The notes under the pieces were generated by a model, which worked only from the letters and a program-made list of their open reading frames with translations, had not been told where the DNA came from and did not search any database. A stretch of DNA of 53,964 nt, the filler included, from an uncultured virus (IMG/VR IMGVR_UViG_2061766007_002098) (taxonomy: Duplodnaviria > Heunggongvirae > Uroviricota > Caudoviricetes). It is 4 parts of one record of this genome, joined end to end, with 100 filler letters (N's around TTAATTAATTAA, not from the genome) between each part and the next. Parts side by side here need not be neighbours in the genome. Positions count along the whole stretch, not along the records: positions 1 to 26,140 come from IMGVR_UViG_2061766007_002098; positions 26,241 to 28,333 come from IMGVR_UViG_2061766007_002098; positions 28,434 to 43,086 come from IMGVR_UViG_2061766007_002098; 1 more part is not named here. One strand, given 5' to 3'. The position numbers and the translations under genes were made by a program. Of this stretch, positions 19,743 through 29,751 are shown piece after piece. How positions within the stretch are numbered: the stretch's first letter is position 1; each line of letters opens with the position of its first letter.

Positions 19743-20186
19743 TTACTTGATGGAAAGAGTTCGTTCCTTGGGCTTCGCGATGATCACGTCGGGGACGAGT
19801 TCTGCGAGCTTTTCTACCGTCATTCCGGAAGCCTTCGAAATCTGCGAAACGGTGAGCTGCTGGAACAGCTGTGTCTGCGATACGAGTCCGCGTTCGATGA
19901 GGGTGTTCGCCATAATTTCTGCGGCGCCTTCCATCCAGTCGTAGGTGTAGCTCTGCTTGCTCCACTTCATGCCGGCTGGGAGGTCTTCTTCCGTCCCCAC
20001 GTTCATGGTGTGCTTGGTCGCTTCCTTGATGGATGCTGCGGCCTTTTCACACCACGCCTTCAGTTCCCAGTTCTCGCGGATTTCGCCCGCGCGGAGGGCG
20101 CGCTGCTGGATGAATTCGGCTTGCTGTTCATCGCCCATTTCCACGCCGGCGTTCGCAATCATCCACTTGAGGGTGTCTGCGGCTGC
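19743..20186 (-). CDS. recombination-module protein resembling the C-terminal part of DUF2800 (N-terminus in gap)
   Basis: EEDLPAGMKWSKQSYTY...LTVSQISKA...IIAKPKERTL. Confidence 0.55.
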   Translation of the reverse strand, partial: AAADTLKWMIANAGVEMGDEQQAEFIQQRALRAGEIRENWELKAWCEKAAASIKEATKHTMNVGTEEDLPAGMKWSKQSYTYDWMEGAAEIMANTLIERGLVSQTQLFQQLTVSQISKASGMTVEKLAELVPDVIIAKPKERTLSIK

Positions 20187-20497
20187 NNNNNNNNNNCAAT
20201 CGTCATAGATGTGTTCGTGTTCGCTCATTTTTTTCCTCGTTGTTGTTCGTCGATAATCCTTGCTTTTGCCAAATCGTCAGCCAATTTCTTCCAGGTGGCG
20301 AGTTCTCGTGCGAGTTGGTTTCGCTCAACCATAAGCGCGTCGTAGGCGTGATGCCATTTACCAACCTCGTTTTCAAGTTGCTTTGTGTAGTCTTTGTATT
20401 CTTCTATTGTCTGCATAGTAAACTTTGCCGGTTTCGTTCGCCGCCACTCGGCGGCTANNNNNNNNNNNNNNNNNNNNNNNNNNNNNNNNNNNNNNNN

Positions 20498-20538
20498 GGG
20501 TTATGAGTCCGTAGCTCTAACCGTTGAGCTAGGCGAGC
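20498..20538 (-). tRNA. tRNA-CAT, 5' half (3' half in gap)
   Basis: GCTCGCC-TA-GCTC-AACGGTTA-GAGC-T-ACGGA-CTCATAA-CCC. Confidence 0.7.
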
Positions 20539-20633
20539 TGTGTTTCGTTCAAAAGTTTCCCACCGCAAGACCGAGACAAAAAAAGACTAGGGTGAGTTTT
20601 ACGGCCTTGCGGTGGTGCGGGAACTTCCCGCGA

Positions 20634-21155
20634 TTACTTGAAGCTCAATGTCCGCTTCTTCGGCTTAGCTACGATCTGGTCGGGGTACATGTCGATGAGC
20701 TTTTCCTTGGTGAGCCCGCTCGCCCTAATTACCGCGTCCACCGAGAGTTCGCACAGCGCAGTGTCGGTGGTGCAGATGCCCTTGCTTTCAAGGTCCTTCA
20801 CTACCTGTACGGAACTGCCGTATGCGTCCCACTCGTAGGTATACGACTGCTTGCTCCAGCTCACCTTCACGCCGTCCTCGCCGTCGGGGAGTTCTTCGGG
20901 CGTGCCGAGGTTGTAGAGGTGTTCGGTGTATTCCTTGATGTCCTTGCAGAGTTTTTCCAAACCCTTGCGGAATTCCGTCAGCTCGCGCATGGGACGGTTG
21001 AGGCCGTTGCGGAGGGAAATCACGTCGGCGAGCGTTTCCTCGTCGAGTTCGATGCCCGCGTACTTCTTCGCGAAGAGGAAGGCGTTCACGGCGCTCTTGG
21101 AGAGTTCGAGGGATCCCAGTTCTGCGGGCGTGGTGAGTACGATTTCGTTAGCCAT
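20634..21155 (-). CDS. DUF2800-C-like paralogue
   Basis: MANEIV...GTPEELPDG...WSKQSYTY...IVAKPKKRTLSFK. Confidence 0.55.
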   Translation of the reverse strand: MANEIVLTTPAELGSLELSKSAVNAFLFAKKYAGIELDEETLADVISLRNGLNRPMRELTEFRKGLEKLCKDIKEYTEHLYNLGTPEELPDGEDGVKVSWSKQSYTYEWDAYGSSVQVVKDLESKGICTTDTALCELSVDAVIRASGLTKEKLIDMYPDQIVAKPKKRTLSFK

Positions 21156-21790
21156 TGTCGGCCTCCTTGTTGATTTCGGCCTGAATGGCCTTGAAAACNN
21201 NNNNNNNNNNNNNNNNNNNNNNNNNNNNNNNNNNNNNNNNNNNNNNNNNNNNNNNNNNNNNNNNNNNNNNNNNNNNNNNNNNNNNNNNNNNNNNNNNNNN
21301 NNNNNNNNNNNNNNNNNNNNNNNNNNNNNNNNNNNNNNNNNNNNNNNNNNNNNNNNNNNNNNNNNNNNNNNNNNNNNNNNNNNNNNNNNNNNNNNNNNNN
21401 NNNNNNNNNNNNNNNNNNNNNNNNNNNNNNNNNNNNNNNNNNNNNNNNNNNNNNNNNNNNNNNNNNNNNNNNNNNNNNNNNNNNNNNNNNNNNNNNNNNN
21501 NNNNNNNNNNNNNNNNNNNNNNNNNNNNNNNNNNNNNNNNNNNNNNNNNNNNNNNNNNNNNNNNNNNNNNNNNNNNNNNNNNNNNNNNNNNNNNNNNNNN
21601 NNNNNNNNNNNNNNNNNNNNNNNNNNNNNNNNNNNNNNNNNNNNNNNNNNNNNNNNNNNNNNNNNNGAGAGAAGACCCTTTTTGCTCGACGGAGCGCGAT
21701 CTTGGCGCAAAGCCTCTGTTTGTCCTTCGCAAGGTTTAGTTCGAAATTGTTATCCATGTTGTGCCTCTCTTTTTGTGTTGTCGTATCCTA

Positions 21791-21829
21791 AATATACAAT
21801 ATCGTGAGCGTATTGTCAATAGGTGAGCG
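21791..21829 (-). promoter_or_regulatory. strong early promoter with operator-like repeats
   Basis: TTGACA-17bp-TATATT; GTGAGCG direct repeats at 21804 and 21823; TATTG-T-CAATA palindrome over the -35. Confidence 0.85.
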
Positions 21830-21991
21830 AAAAAAAAATTATTTTTTTCTCGGCTATGTCCACCCAAAGTGTGGCTAGTTTGAAAAATCGTTGAAATTAG
21901 TCCAATTTCGCCATTTTCCACCCNNNNNNNNNNNNNNNNNNNNNNNNNNNNNNNNNNNCCAAATACTTTTCAAAATTTGTCATCGTCACCC

Positions 21992-22288
21992 CTAGAAGAC
22001 AAAGTCCTCGTCTTCTTTCTTTTGCGGTTGATTGGGAAGGAGGCCGTTTCGCTCCATCAGGGCGTAGCCTATCGGATGCAGGGGAAGGCGCGGATTTTCG
22101 CCCCAGTCGTTGCCGCATTGGCGCTGGACTTCCGGCTCTATCATGGTCTCCCAGTAGCGGCGGAGGTTATTGTCATCGGTCGAATACGCGCGGACATATT
22201 CGTCGTATTTTCCGTGTAGGATAGCCCACAGCTTGACGGTTTCCCGCTTGTTGATCTGCTTTATATCGAAACTCATGCGCTCTTGCAC
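21992..22288 (-). CDS. hypothetical protein downstream of the replication initiator
   Basis: 98-aa ORF overlapping the initiator stop codon. Confidence 0.55.
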   Translation of the reverse strand: MQERMSFDIKQINKRETVKLWAILHGKYDEYVRAYSTDDNNLRRYWETMIEPEVQRQCGNDWGENPRLPLHPIGYALMERNGLLPNQPQKKEDEDFVF

Positions 22289-22408
22289 CTATTGGCTTTA
22301 GCAGTCTCGCACCATGTAACGAGGAAAGCTTCAAAGTTCTTTATCTTTCGCCCGTCGGCGTCATTTCCGCCACGTTCCATCGTGGCTTCCCAGCAGTTAC
22401 GGGCGTCG
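22273..22408 (-). CDS. probable replication initiator C-terminus (fragment)
   Basis: ...GRKIKNFEAFLVTW pattern typical of replisome-organiser C-termini. Confidence 0.45.
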
Positions 22409-23300
22409 NNNNNNNNNNNNNNNNNNNNNNNNNNNNNNNNNNNNNNNNNNNNNNNNNNNNNNNNNNNNNNNNNNNNNNNNNNNNNNNNNNNNNNNNNNNN
22501 NNNNNNNNNNNNNNNNNNNNNNNNNNNNNNNNNNNNNNNNNNNNNNNNNNNNNNNNNNNNNNNNNNNNNNNNNNNNNNNNNNNNNNNNNNNNNNNNNNNN
22601 NNNNNNNNNNNNNNNNNNNNNNNNNNNNNNNNNNNNNNNNNNNNNNNNNNNNNNNNNNNNNNNNNNNNNNNNNNNNNNNNNNNNNNNNNNNNNNNNNNNN
22701 NNNNNNNNNNNNNNNNNNNNNNNNNNNNNNNNNNNNNNNNNNNNNNNNNNNNNNNNNNNNNNNNNNNNNNNNNNNNNNNNNNNNNNNNNNNNNNNNNNNN
22801 NNNNNNNNNNNNNNNNNNNNNNNNNNNNNNNNNNNNNNNNNNNNNNNNNNNNNNNNNNNNNNNNNNNNNNNNNNNNNNNNNNNNNNNNNNNNNNNNNNNN
22901 NNNNNNNNNNNNNNNNNNNNNNNNNNNNNNNNNNNNNNNNNNNNNNNNNNNNNNNNNNNNNNNNNNNNNNNNNNNNNNNNNNNNNNNNNNNNNNNNNNNN
23001 NNNNNNNNNNNNNNNNNNNNNNNNNNNNNNNNNNNNNNNNNNNNNNNNNNNNNNNNNNNNNNNNNNNNNNNNNNNNNNNNNNNNNNNNNNNNNNNNNNNN
23101 NNNNNNNNNNNNNNNNNNNNNNNNNNNNNNNNNNNNNNNNNNNNNNNNNNNNNNNNNNNNNNNNNNNNNNNNNNNNNNNNNNNNNNNNNNNNNNNNNNNN
23201 NNNNNNNNNNNNNNNNNNNNNNNNNNNNNNNNNNNNNNNNNNNNNNNNNNNNNNNNNNNNNNNNNNNNNNNNNNNNNNNNNNNNNNNNNNNNNNNNNNNN

Positions 23301-23432
23301 GAAAGCTAAACAAAACCTATAGGTTATTTTTAGCTTTGAAAAACAAAAGCTAACTAAAAGCTAAACGAAAGCTAACCATAAAGCTAATCAAAACAGAAGC
23401 TAGACTCTAGATGCTAGATGCAAGAATCTAGA
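23301..23432. repeat. iteron array (putative origin)
   Basis: AAAGCTAA at 23302, 23346, 23357, 23368 and 23380, one inverted copy at 23330, then CTAGA repeats; stops in all frames. Confidence 0.7.
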
Positions 23433-23461
23433 ATATATTCTTTTCCATATANNNNNNNNNN

Positions 23462-23714
23462 CCGGCGCTATTCTTCGGAGGTCGACCGCCCTGCCTTCCG
23501 TTTTCGGCCTTGGTCTTTACGGCCTTGAACGCCTTTTCGTAGGCGTGCCTGGCACGTTCGGATTTTTCCAGCTTTCCGGAAATCAAAGCCATGCGGAAAA
23601 GGTATTCCTCGCGGCCCAGCGCCTCGAAGTCAACCGTACCGAAATCGTCTCGAAACTTGTCGTTCAAGAGCGCCAAGTCTGCGATCCAAAGTTTAACCCA
23701 TTTAGGCTCGTTCA
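23462..23714 (-). CDS. replication initiator N-terminus (fragment)
   Basis: MNEPKWVKLWIAD...KAENGRQGGRPPK, typical of YdaU/DUF6291-like initiators. Confidence 0.6.
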
Positions 23715-23872
23715 TCTTCCGTAACCCTCTTAAATTCGTTTTCAAGGGCTAGTCCGATGGCGTCCGCCTGGGAAATGCTGACTCCCAGCTTATCGGAATA
23801 CGCCTTTTGCAATGTCGGGATAGTCTTCTCGGCCTTGCTGCGGGGGATTGCTTTAACTATAAATTGATCCAT
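23702..23872 (-). CDS. 56-aa putative ribbon-helix-helix regulator
   Basis: MDQFIVKAIPRSKAEKTIPTLQKAYSDKLGVSISQADAIGLAL...; AAGGA RBS; inverted repeat CGTGACA-CCA-TGTCACG at 23887-23903. Confidence 0.55.
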   Translation of the reverse strand: MDQFIVKAIPRSKAEKTIPTLQKAYSDKLGVSISQADAIGLALENEFKRVTEDERA

Positions 23873-24090
23873 TAATCATCCTTATGCGTGACACCATGTC
23901 ACGTTAATAATGTTTATGCCTGAAAGATACGTGCGTACCTCTCTCTTTACGTTGCCTTCGCCGAACATATCTACGACGTACTTGCAGTAGTCCCTGGTTT
24001 TAGCGTTGAGAATCCAGTCGTTCTTCGGCTGGAAAACCAAGCACTTGTGCCCCAAACCATTTNNNNNNNNNNTTTTTTCTCCTTTCTGAA

Positions 24091-24456
24091 TTATGCGGTG
24101 AACCCGTTCACCTTCGCCTCGTGTTCCAGCATGACGCGGAATTGCGGCACTGTTGGCGGTATAAGTCCGTGGTTGAGCGGTGCGTCGGCTGGGTAGCCCT
24201 TGGCTACGGGCAGCATGCGCCAGTATTTCTTGTAGAGGTCCTCAAGCATCTTCTTCTTCGGCCTGTCGAACGCGAGCGCCTTCTGCACGTTGACGTACTC
24301 GTAGCGGTCGCCGACCTTGTGGCGCACGTGGGCCTTGCAGTAGTTGACGTACTCGGCGTCGGAAATCGCTGCAGACAGGTTTCGGATGGCGGTCATCATG
24401 TTCATGCAGCGCCTCTTGTAATCGTCGGGCAGCCATGCTGTACGGTTATCAGCCAT
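24091..24456 (-). CDS. hypothetical protein
   Basis: 121 aa, overlapping operon. Confidence 0.6.
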   Translation of the reverse strand: MADNRTAWLPDDYKRRCMNMMTAIRNLSAAISDAEYVNYCKAHVRHKVGDRYEYVNVQKALAFDRPKKKMLEDLYKKYWRMLPVAKGYPADAPLNHGLIPPTVPQFRVMLEHEAKVNGFTA

Positions 24457-24937
24457 TGGTAATCATCCCCCTGTCGATGTTCAAGAGTTCCTGGAACTCG
24501 TCGCGGCCGAAATTCTTCGCGAAGGTCTTGACGGAATCGTCCCATAGTTCGCCGTCACGGAGTAGCGGGAGAGCCTTGCGCCACTTGCCGCTGTAAGAGG
24601 AATTGCAGCTCTCCGCGATAGCCACGGCCGCCCTGGTGATGTCCCCATCGGTGATGGGTGTCCTCAAGTCCTTCTCCATCTTGATGTCGAGAGCCTTCTG
24701 GAAGGCGGCCTTGAGTTCGCGGTTGCTGACGTCAGCGCGTTCTGCGATGATCGAGACCCTTGCCTCTAGGATGTCGTCTACTGGAGGCATGAGTCCGAGC
24801 GCGTGGTAGGAGTACACTAGCAGCTTCGTGACGATTCCGAGCCTTACGGCCATGATTGCGTCCTGCTTCGGGGAGCGTTTAGGCGAGTTCGTGGAATTGA
24901 TTGCCGCGATAGCGTTTTCTATGAAGTCACCGTTCAT
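24449..24937 (-). CDS. hypothetical replication-associated protein
   Basis: 162 aa, directly after the putative initiator. Confidence 0.55.
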   Translation of the reverse strand: MNGDFIENAIAAINSTNSPKRSPKQDAIMAVRLGIVTKLLVYSYHALGLMPPVDDILEARVSIIAERADVSNRELKAAFQKALDIKMEKDLRTPITDGDITRAAVAIAESCNSSYSGKWRKALPLLRDGELWDDSVKTFAKNFGRDEFQELLNIDRGMITNG

Positions 24938-24945
24938 ATTGTCTC

Positions 24946-25653
24946 CTACTTTATTAGCCCGTACTTGCGGAGCTGTGCGACCTGCCGCTGGCCTTCTATC
25001 TCTTGGAAGGACATGGTGTTATTCGCCTCGGCCTTCTCGTTCTTCTCTCCGAAGCGCTTGCGTGCGTCCGCCCATTTCTTGAGCGTTGCGAAATGATTCT
25101 TGCTAGTTACCGTTCCGTCGGCGATGTTTGCGGAGAATGAGTTGATGAGTTTCTTGCATTCTTCAACGTTTCCGACATATTGTGCAAGCTCGTTGAACTG
25201 GTCCTGCGAGATTTCCACGTTCTGGAATTCGCCCCAAAGCGGTTCGGAAGCGGGAACGAGTGCGGTGCCGGTATTATGGCTACCGGCTTGTGCAGATTTC
25301 TTACCCTTACAGGAGTCTTTTGCACCCGTTCCCGAATCTTCGGAACCGAAAATTTCAAGCCATCTTTGTTCCAGCTGTTCCTTGCTGGGGTTCTTCACGC
25401 CGTCTTCAGCGAGGGCCTTGCGGACAATCTTCATTTGAGACTTGCGCTTCTGTACGCAGTTGAAATCCCTTGCCTCGTTCAGGAGCAAGATTGCGTATTC
25501 GTTTGGGTCTTTGCAAAGGTCTTGGAACTGCAAAGTCTTGGCGAACGAAACCAGCCATTTTTGGCAAGCGTCCTTGTCTTCGAGGATTCCGTCTACTTCA
25601 TAGAGGAACCTGCGAATGAGTACGCAAACCTTATTTATTTCGTTCTCTGCCAT
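24946..25653 (-). CDS. putative replication initiator (second type)
   Basis: C-terminal WGEFQNVEIS..QFNEL...KNHFATLKKW resembles phage replisome-organiser C-domains. Confidence 0.55.
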   Translation of the reverse strand: MAENEINKVCVLIRRFLYEVDGILEDKDACQKWLVSFAKTLQFQDLCKDPNEYAILLLNEARDFNCVQKRKSQMKIVRKALAEDGVKNPSKEQLEQRWLEIFGSEDSGTGAKDSCKGKKSAQAGSHNTGTALVPASEPLWGEFQNVEISQDQFNELAQYVGNVEECKKLINSFSANIADGTVTSKNHFATLKKWADARKRFGEKNEKAEANNTMSFQEIEGQRQVAQLRKYGLIK

Positions 25654-25659
25654 TTATTA

Positions 25660-25824
25660 CTATCCGTTTACAACTTTCTTGTGGAGTTCCTTGATTGCCA
25701 TATTGACAACCATCTTTCCGCTGACCGAAGATTCCGGAATGTTCATTTTCTTGGAAAGCGCGTTTGCGATTTCCTTTTCCATGACTTCGGATTCTTCGGA
25801 GATTTCTCGCAATATCTTTGCCAT
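25660..25824 (-). CDS. 54-aa putative regulator
   Basis: MAKILREISEESEVMEKEIANALSKK...; first gene after promoter TTGCTT-17-TATATT (~25881-25912). Confidence 0.5.
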   Translation of the reverse strand: MAKILREISEESEVMEKEIANALSKKMNIPESSVSGKMVVNMAIKELHKKVVNG

Positions 25825-26056
25825 TTTGTTTCTTCCTTGAGTTTGTTTTTAAAACAAATCCTGTTTGTTTTGTAGTCTAAAATATATAAACTGAAAAACA
25901 AAAAAGCAAGAGGTAATCAAAAAAAAATTGTTTTTTAGTTGAACTTTTTGTAAATTTGGCGTTCATATGGAAATAGCGTTGTTCAGGCTGATGAAGGCGA
26001 ACGGCGAAATATAGGATGTCGCCTGCGGTACACCGTGGGCGTTTTTTATTTGTATT

Positions 26057-26111
26057 GGGACACCCACGGCAATCCCACGGGAGACCTGCGGGACACCCAC
26101 GGCAATCCCGA
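26057..26111. repeat. five 11-bp repeats (putative iterons)
   Basis: GGGACACCCAC GGCAATCCCAC GGGAGACCTGC GGGACACCCAC GGCAATCCCGA. Confidence 0.7.
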
Positions 26112-26184
26112 CCCACTCCCCATTACATATCATTTCATATNNNNNNNNNNNNNNNNNNNNNNNNNNNNNNNNNNNNNNNNNNNN

Positions 26185-26196
26185 TTAATTAATTAA
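26185..26196. other. artificial scaffold-joining linker
   Basis: TTAATTAATTAA (stops in all frames) inside N runs. Confidence 0.95.
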
Positions 26197-26289
26197 NNNN
26201 NNNNNNNNNNNNNNNNNNNNNNNNNNNNNNNNNNNNNNNNAAACGCGCCTCTCCGGCGGCGTAGAAGTGCATGTTACGGGGTTGAATAT

Positions 26290-26603
26290 TTGAATAGGCA
26301 AGTCAATATAGACCTCTCCAACCTGCTACCGCACCAGCGGAAGCTCATCAAGTCCGCCGCGCGCAAGTCCGCACTCATCTGCGGCCGTGGCGCCGGAAAG
26401 TCATACGTCTGCGCCGCCCTGTGCCTGTTGACGCTCCTTAACGGCAAGAACGTGATGGTGGGCGGCCAATGCTACGACACACTCCACGATACGCTCTACG
26501 CAGAAATAAAGAACCTTGCCGCCGCGTGGGGCATCTATGACATGATCGAGTGGCGCGAGCGTCCCATGCTCATGACCCTCGGTAATAATCACGTATGGTT
26601 CGG
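26290..26603 (+). CDS. terL: terminase large subunit, N-terminal fragment
   Basis: LLPHQ (Q motif), ICGRGAGKS (Walker A). Confidence 0.85.
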
Positions 26604-26618
26604 NNNNNNNNNNTGTTT

Positions 26619-26993
26619 ATGCCCACTTTGGAAGAAGTTCAAGCAAATGTAAATACCGCGAAACGTACCGCGAAAAAAAAGAAGGTCCTCTCCGAAAAGC
26701 AGAAGGCCGTCCTTGAGAATAACAAGTTCCGAAAGGGAGAGGAAAGGACCGTAAAAGCCGCAATTATGGGCGGCACCGCAAAGGGAACCGCATACCAGCT
26801 CCTGCGCGAACTCATGGCAGAGTCGCAGAAACGCGACAACGTGAAGAAAATCTTCGACGACCTCGACGCGGGCGAATTCCAGAACGCTCTCGCACGTCTC
26901 GCCGTCCTCAAGCAGGGCGGCGTGTCTTTCGATCAGACCGACGAGGGAAAGACGCAGAAGATGGAACTGGATAACCGCCTCTCCGGCGGCGTT
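26619..26993 (+). CDS. terS: terminase small subunit (fragment)
   Basis: Its end RLSGGV matches the ORF end at 26241-26293 that overlaps the TerL start. Confidence 0.65.
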
Positions 26994-27151
26994 NNNNNNN
27001 NNNCTATGAACGAGTAAAGGAAATGGCGGAGGCTAACGGCGTAACCATTCCCAGCAAGGAAATGATCCCTCGCACGCAGACCTGGAGCTTTGCGAACTAT
27101 AANNNNNNNNNNNNNNNNNNNNNNNNNNNNNNNNNNNNNNNNNNNNNNNNN

Positions 27152-28333
27152 CGGTGACAAGGTGATAAAGCGGGTCCTGTTCCGCAGCCTTTCGTGTCTT
27201 CCCGTCGTGCCTATCTACGGCCAACGTTTCAAGGATAACGAAAAGAAATTCTACAAGGGCTTTGTCCGCGATTCCAAGCACCTCTGCAAGATTGTCAACG
27301 GCTGCTACGTTTCGCTCTGGGAAAGAGTGAGCGTCCCGACCGTTCCTTATACCTCCGTAAGCATGGAGTCCGTGGAGAACCTTACGCCGGACTACGAGAA
27401 CGACCTTGCACGATACAAGCGTTACCGCGCCTACACTAAGAAGGGAGAAACCTACGTGCAGCTCCCCAAGCCGGAGCGAGTGGACCCGACCGTCGTTACG
27501 GCGGACTTGATTCCGATTATTAACGATTCCTTGAACAAGATTTCGAAGATGATTGGAATCCCGGAAGAAGGTCTCGGTTTCAATGCCGCATCCGAAGTGC
27601 AGAAGACCGCGCAGGAAATCTTGACCCGCTCGTCCGCACTCGTCACGAACGTGAGTCACTACTACCGACACCTCCAGCGCTCTATTCAGCATATGGCGGA
27701 AATTATCGTAGAACTCCTTTGCATTTACAACGGAAAGGAAAATGTCTACACCATCAAGCTTTTCAAGGGACCCGAAGACGCGCTCAAGCGTGAACAACGC
27801 CGCCAGCAAATCCTCGCTTTCCAAAGCCTCGCCCCCGAAGCTGTCAAGCCGTTACTCTTGGCGGAAGCCATCAAGACGGGCGACTTTGATAACGCCGATG
27901 CCATCGCGGCAGCTATCCTTACGACACTACCGCCGGAACTCAAGGCCGTAATGCAGATTGGCCAGGGCGTAGACATCTCCGCCATGCAGCAGCAAATCGC
28001 AATGCTTACCCAGCAGAGCCAGCAGCAGGCACAGCAGATAGAGGATTACCGACGCACCATCGATGCAGACATTATCGCTGGGCAGAACCAGTTGCTCGTA
28101 ACGCGCATGAACAACGAGGCTGCTCTCCGCTCCAAGCTGGTGGAACTCGAGGCGAAGGCGGCAGAGAACGAGAAGGACCGCCAGATCGAACTTGCTAAGC
28201 TCACGGCGGAACAACGTGCAGATGCGGAAAAGCTATTCATCGAAAGCCGTAACGCCGACACCCGCGCCCGCGAAGCAACCATGAAGGCCCTGCAGGAAGC
28301 TGAACGCCTACGCATGGAAGCCGAAAAGACGAA
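27152..28333 (+). CDS. P22-like portal protein (fragment)
   Basis: LPVVPIYG...GFVRDSK...N, and a long Q-rich C-terminal coiled-coil barrel. Confidence 0.75.
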
Positions 28334-28377
28334 NNNNNNNNNNNNNNNNNNNNNNNNNNNNNNNNNNNNNNNNNNNN

Positions 28378-28389
28378 TTAATTAATTAA
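28378..28389. other. artificial scaffold-joining linker
   Basis: TTAATTAATTAA inside N runs. Confidence 0.95.
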
Positions 28390-28438
28390 NNNNNNNNNNN
28401 NNNNNNNNNNNNNNNNNNNNNNNNNNNNNNNNNCTCTA

Positions 28439-28487
28439 CCCGCCCCCCTTCCCTAGCGAGGGGTGCGGGCCTTTTTTCCTTTTGTTT
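28439..28487 (+). terminator. intrinsic terminator
   Basis: GC-rich hairpin followed by TTTTTT. Confidence 0.7.
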
Positions 28488-28571
28488 GAACCCCTTTTGG
28501 CTAGAGAGAACGAATTTTCACCACCTCGAAAAAGCGTTACTCTCTAGCTAATTTTTTTAAGGAATTTTCTA

Positions 28572-29186
28572 ATGCCATTGAAAGATTACATCGAACCTAT
28601 TATTGATGTAGTAGCGCCTCATGCACGAAAAAAACCTTTTAGTTTAATGTCTTATGTGAAAGATTTTAACGAATGGTTTGCTCCTGCGGCACAAATGGCA
28701 ATAGATGAATACGAAGGCGAAGAATCTTATCCTGGATGGAGTTATGCGTTGGCTTCTGTTCCTGCTTTTGGCAAGGTTGCAAAACCTCTTGCAAAGGTTT
28801 CTTCTAAATATGCAAAGCCTTTGACAAAAGCGCAAAAACTAGAAATCATAAAAAAGAACAATATTGCGAATGACGATTATCACACGTGGATTCGTAATGA
28901 AAAAGACATTCTCAATTTTAAAGATGCTCGTAAATACACTCTTGACGATATAGGCGAAGTTTCCTCTTATCCAGATGTTACAAAAGATTTGTTGGACGAT
29001 GCTGAAAAAAGCGGTAAAATAAAAGTTTATTCATCAAAGCCGTTTTCTCTTGGCGGTTTTGTTTCTCCTAGCAAAATGCAAGCAATGGACTACGCTGGTA
29101 ACGGAAAAGTGTACGAAGGTATTTTTGATATAGATGATATAGCATGGATTAACGCCGATGAAGGCCAACTTGTGAGGATTAAATAA
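28572..29186 (+). CDS. AT-rich accessory protein, putative ART-fold effector
   Basis: C-domain IKVYSS...GGFVSPS..QA.DYAG.GKVY...IAWINADEG; pre-toxin-like ASVPAFGKVAK. Confidence 0.5.
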   Translation: MPLKDYIEPIIDVVAPHARKKPFSLMSYVKDFNEWFAPAAQMAIDEYEGEESYPGWSYALASVPAFGKVAKPLAKVSSKYAKPLTKAQKLEIIKKNNIANDDYHTWIRNEKDILNFKDARKYTLDDIGEVSSYPDVTKDLLDDAEKSGKIKVYSSKPFSLGGFVSPSKMQAMDYAGNGKVYEGIFDIDDIAWINADEGQLVRIK

Positions 29187-29187
29187 A

Positions 29188-29748
29188 ATGCTCGTCCGCG
29201 AACTTATCCAAGATATTCTCGACGAAATCGGCCAGCTCGTAGGCGGAAACCCCGCTTCGGATACTGACGCGGCCAAATGTCGACGTATGATTAACAAGTG
29301 CGTGCGCGAATACAACGTGCAGGGCTTTCTCCATTTTTGCCGTTCCCGCCTGCAGCTCGGACAGGGTAAGGAATTCCTTTTCGAAGATAAGATTCCCCTT
29401 AATGTAAATGCGGTTTACTACAAGATTGGACCGAACTATGTCGGGTTGACTCCAGTCCAGGCACACAATATGCCAGCCTACGAGGGCGTAGGGTGCGAAC
29501 CTTACAAGTTCGCTTACGAAAAGTTCTACGATGGAGATGAACTTAAAGCACGCCTTATTCTCGACCGTAATTCAATGTACGAAGTCGAGGCGGTCGTTAC
29601 CTATGACCTCGAACCNNNNNNNNNNTCCGAGCGCGACAAGCTCCTTGAATACATTAAGGAAATCGAAATGCAGGCTCTGGACGTTCCGACGCCTTGTTAT
29701 AACATTGCAGACAAGTTTTACGGCGGCGTGGGCCGTTTCCCGTGGTAA
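29188..29748 (+). CDS. P22 gp4-like head-tail adaptor
   Basis: VRELIQDILDEIG...D.....IN...EY helical N-terminus; precedes the gp10-like gene. Confidence 0.65.
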   Translation: MLVRELIQDILDEIGQLVGGNPASDTDAAKCRRMINKCVREYNVQGFLHFCRSRLQLGQGKEFLFEDKIPLNVNAVYYKIGPNYVGLTPVQAHNMPAYEGVGCEPYKFAYEKFYDGDELKARLILDRNSMYEVEAVVTYDLEXXXXSERDKLLEYIKEIEMQALDVPTPCYNIADKFYGGVGRFPW

Positions 29749-29751
29749 AAT

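Noticed and set aside
23390..23435. Dense TAG codons suggesting stop-codon recoding
   Set aside because: TAA stops also occur, many clear genes end in TAG, and the region is an origin-like repeat.
25985..26015. CTGATGA...GAAA hammerhead-like core
   Set aside because: Stem II does not pair, and no stem I/III or cleavage triplet could be built.
26185..26196. TTAATTAATTAA repeated three times in the window
   Set aside because: Synthetic contig linker inside N runs.
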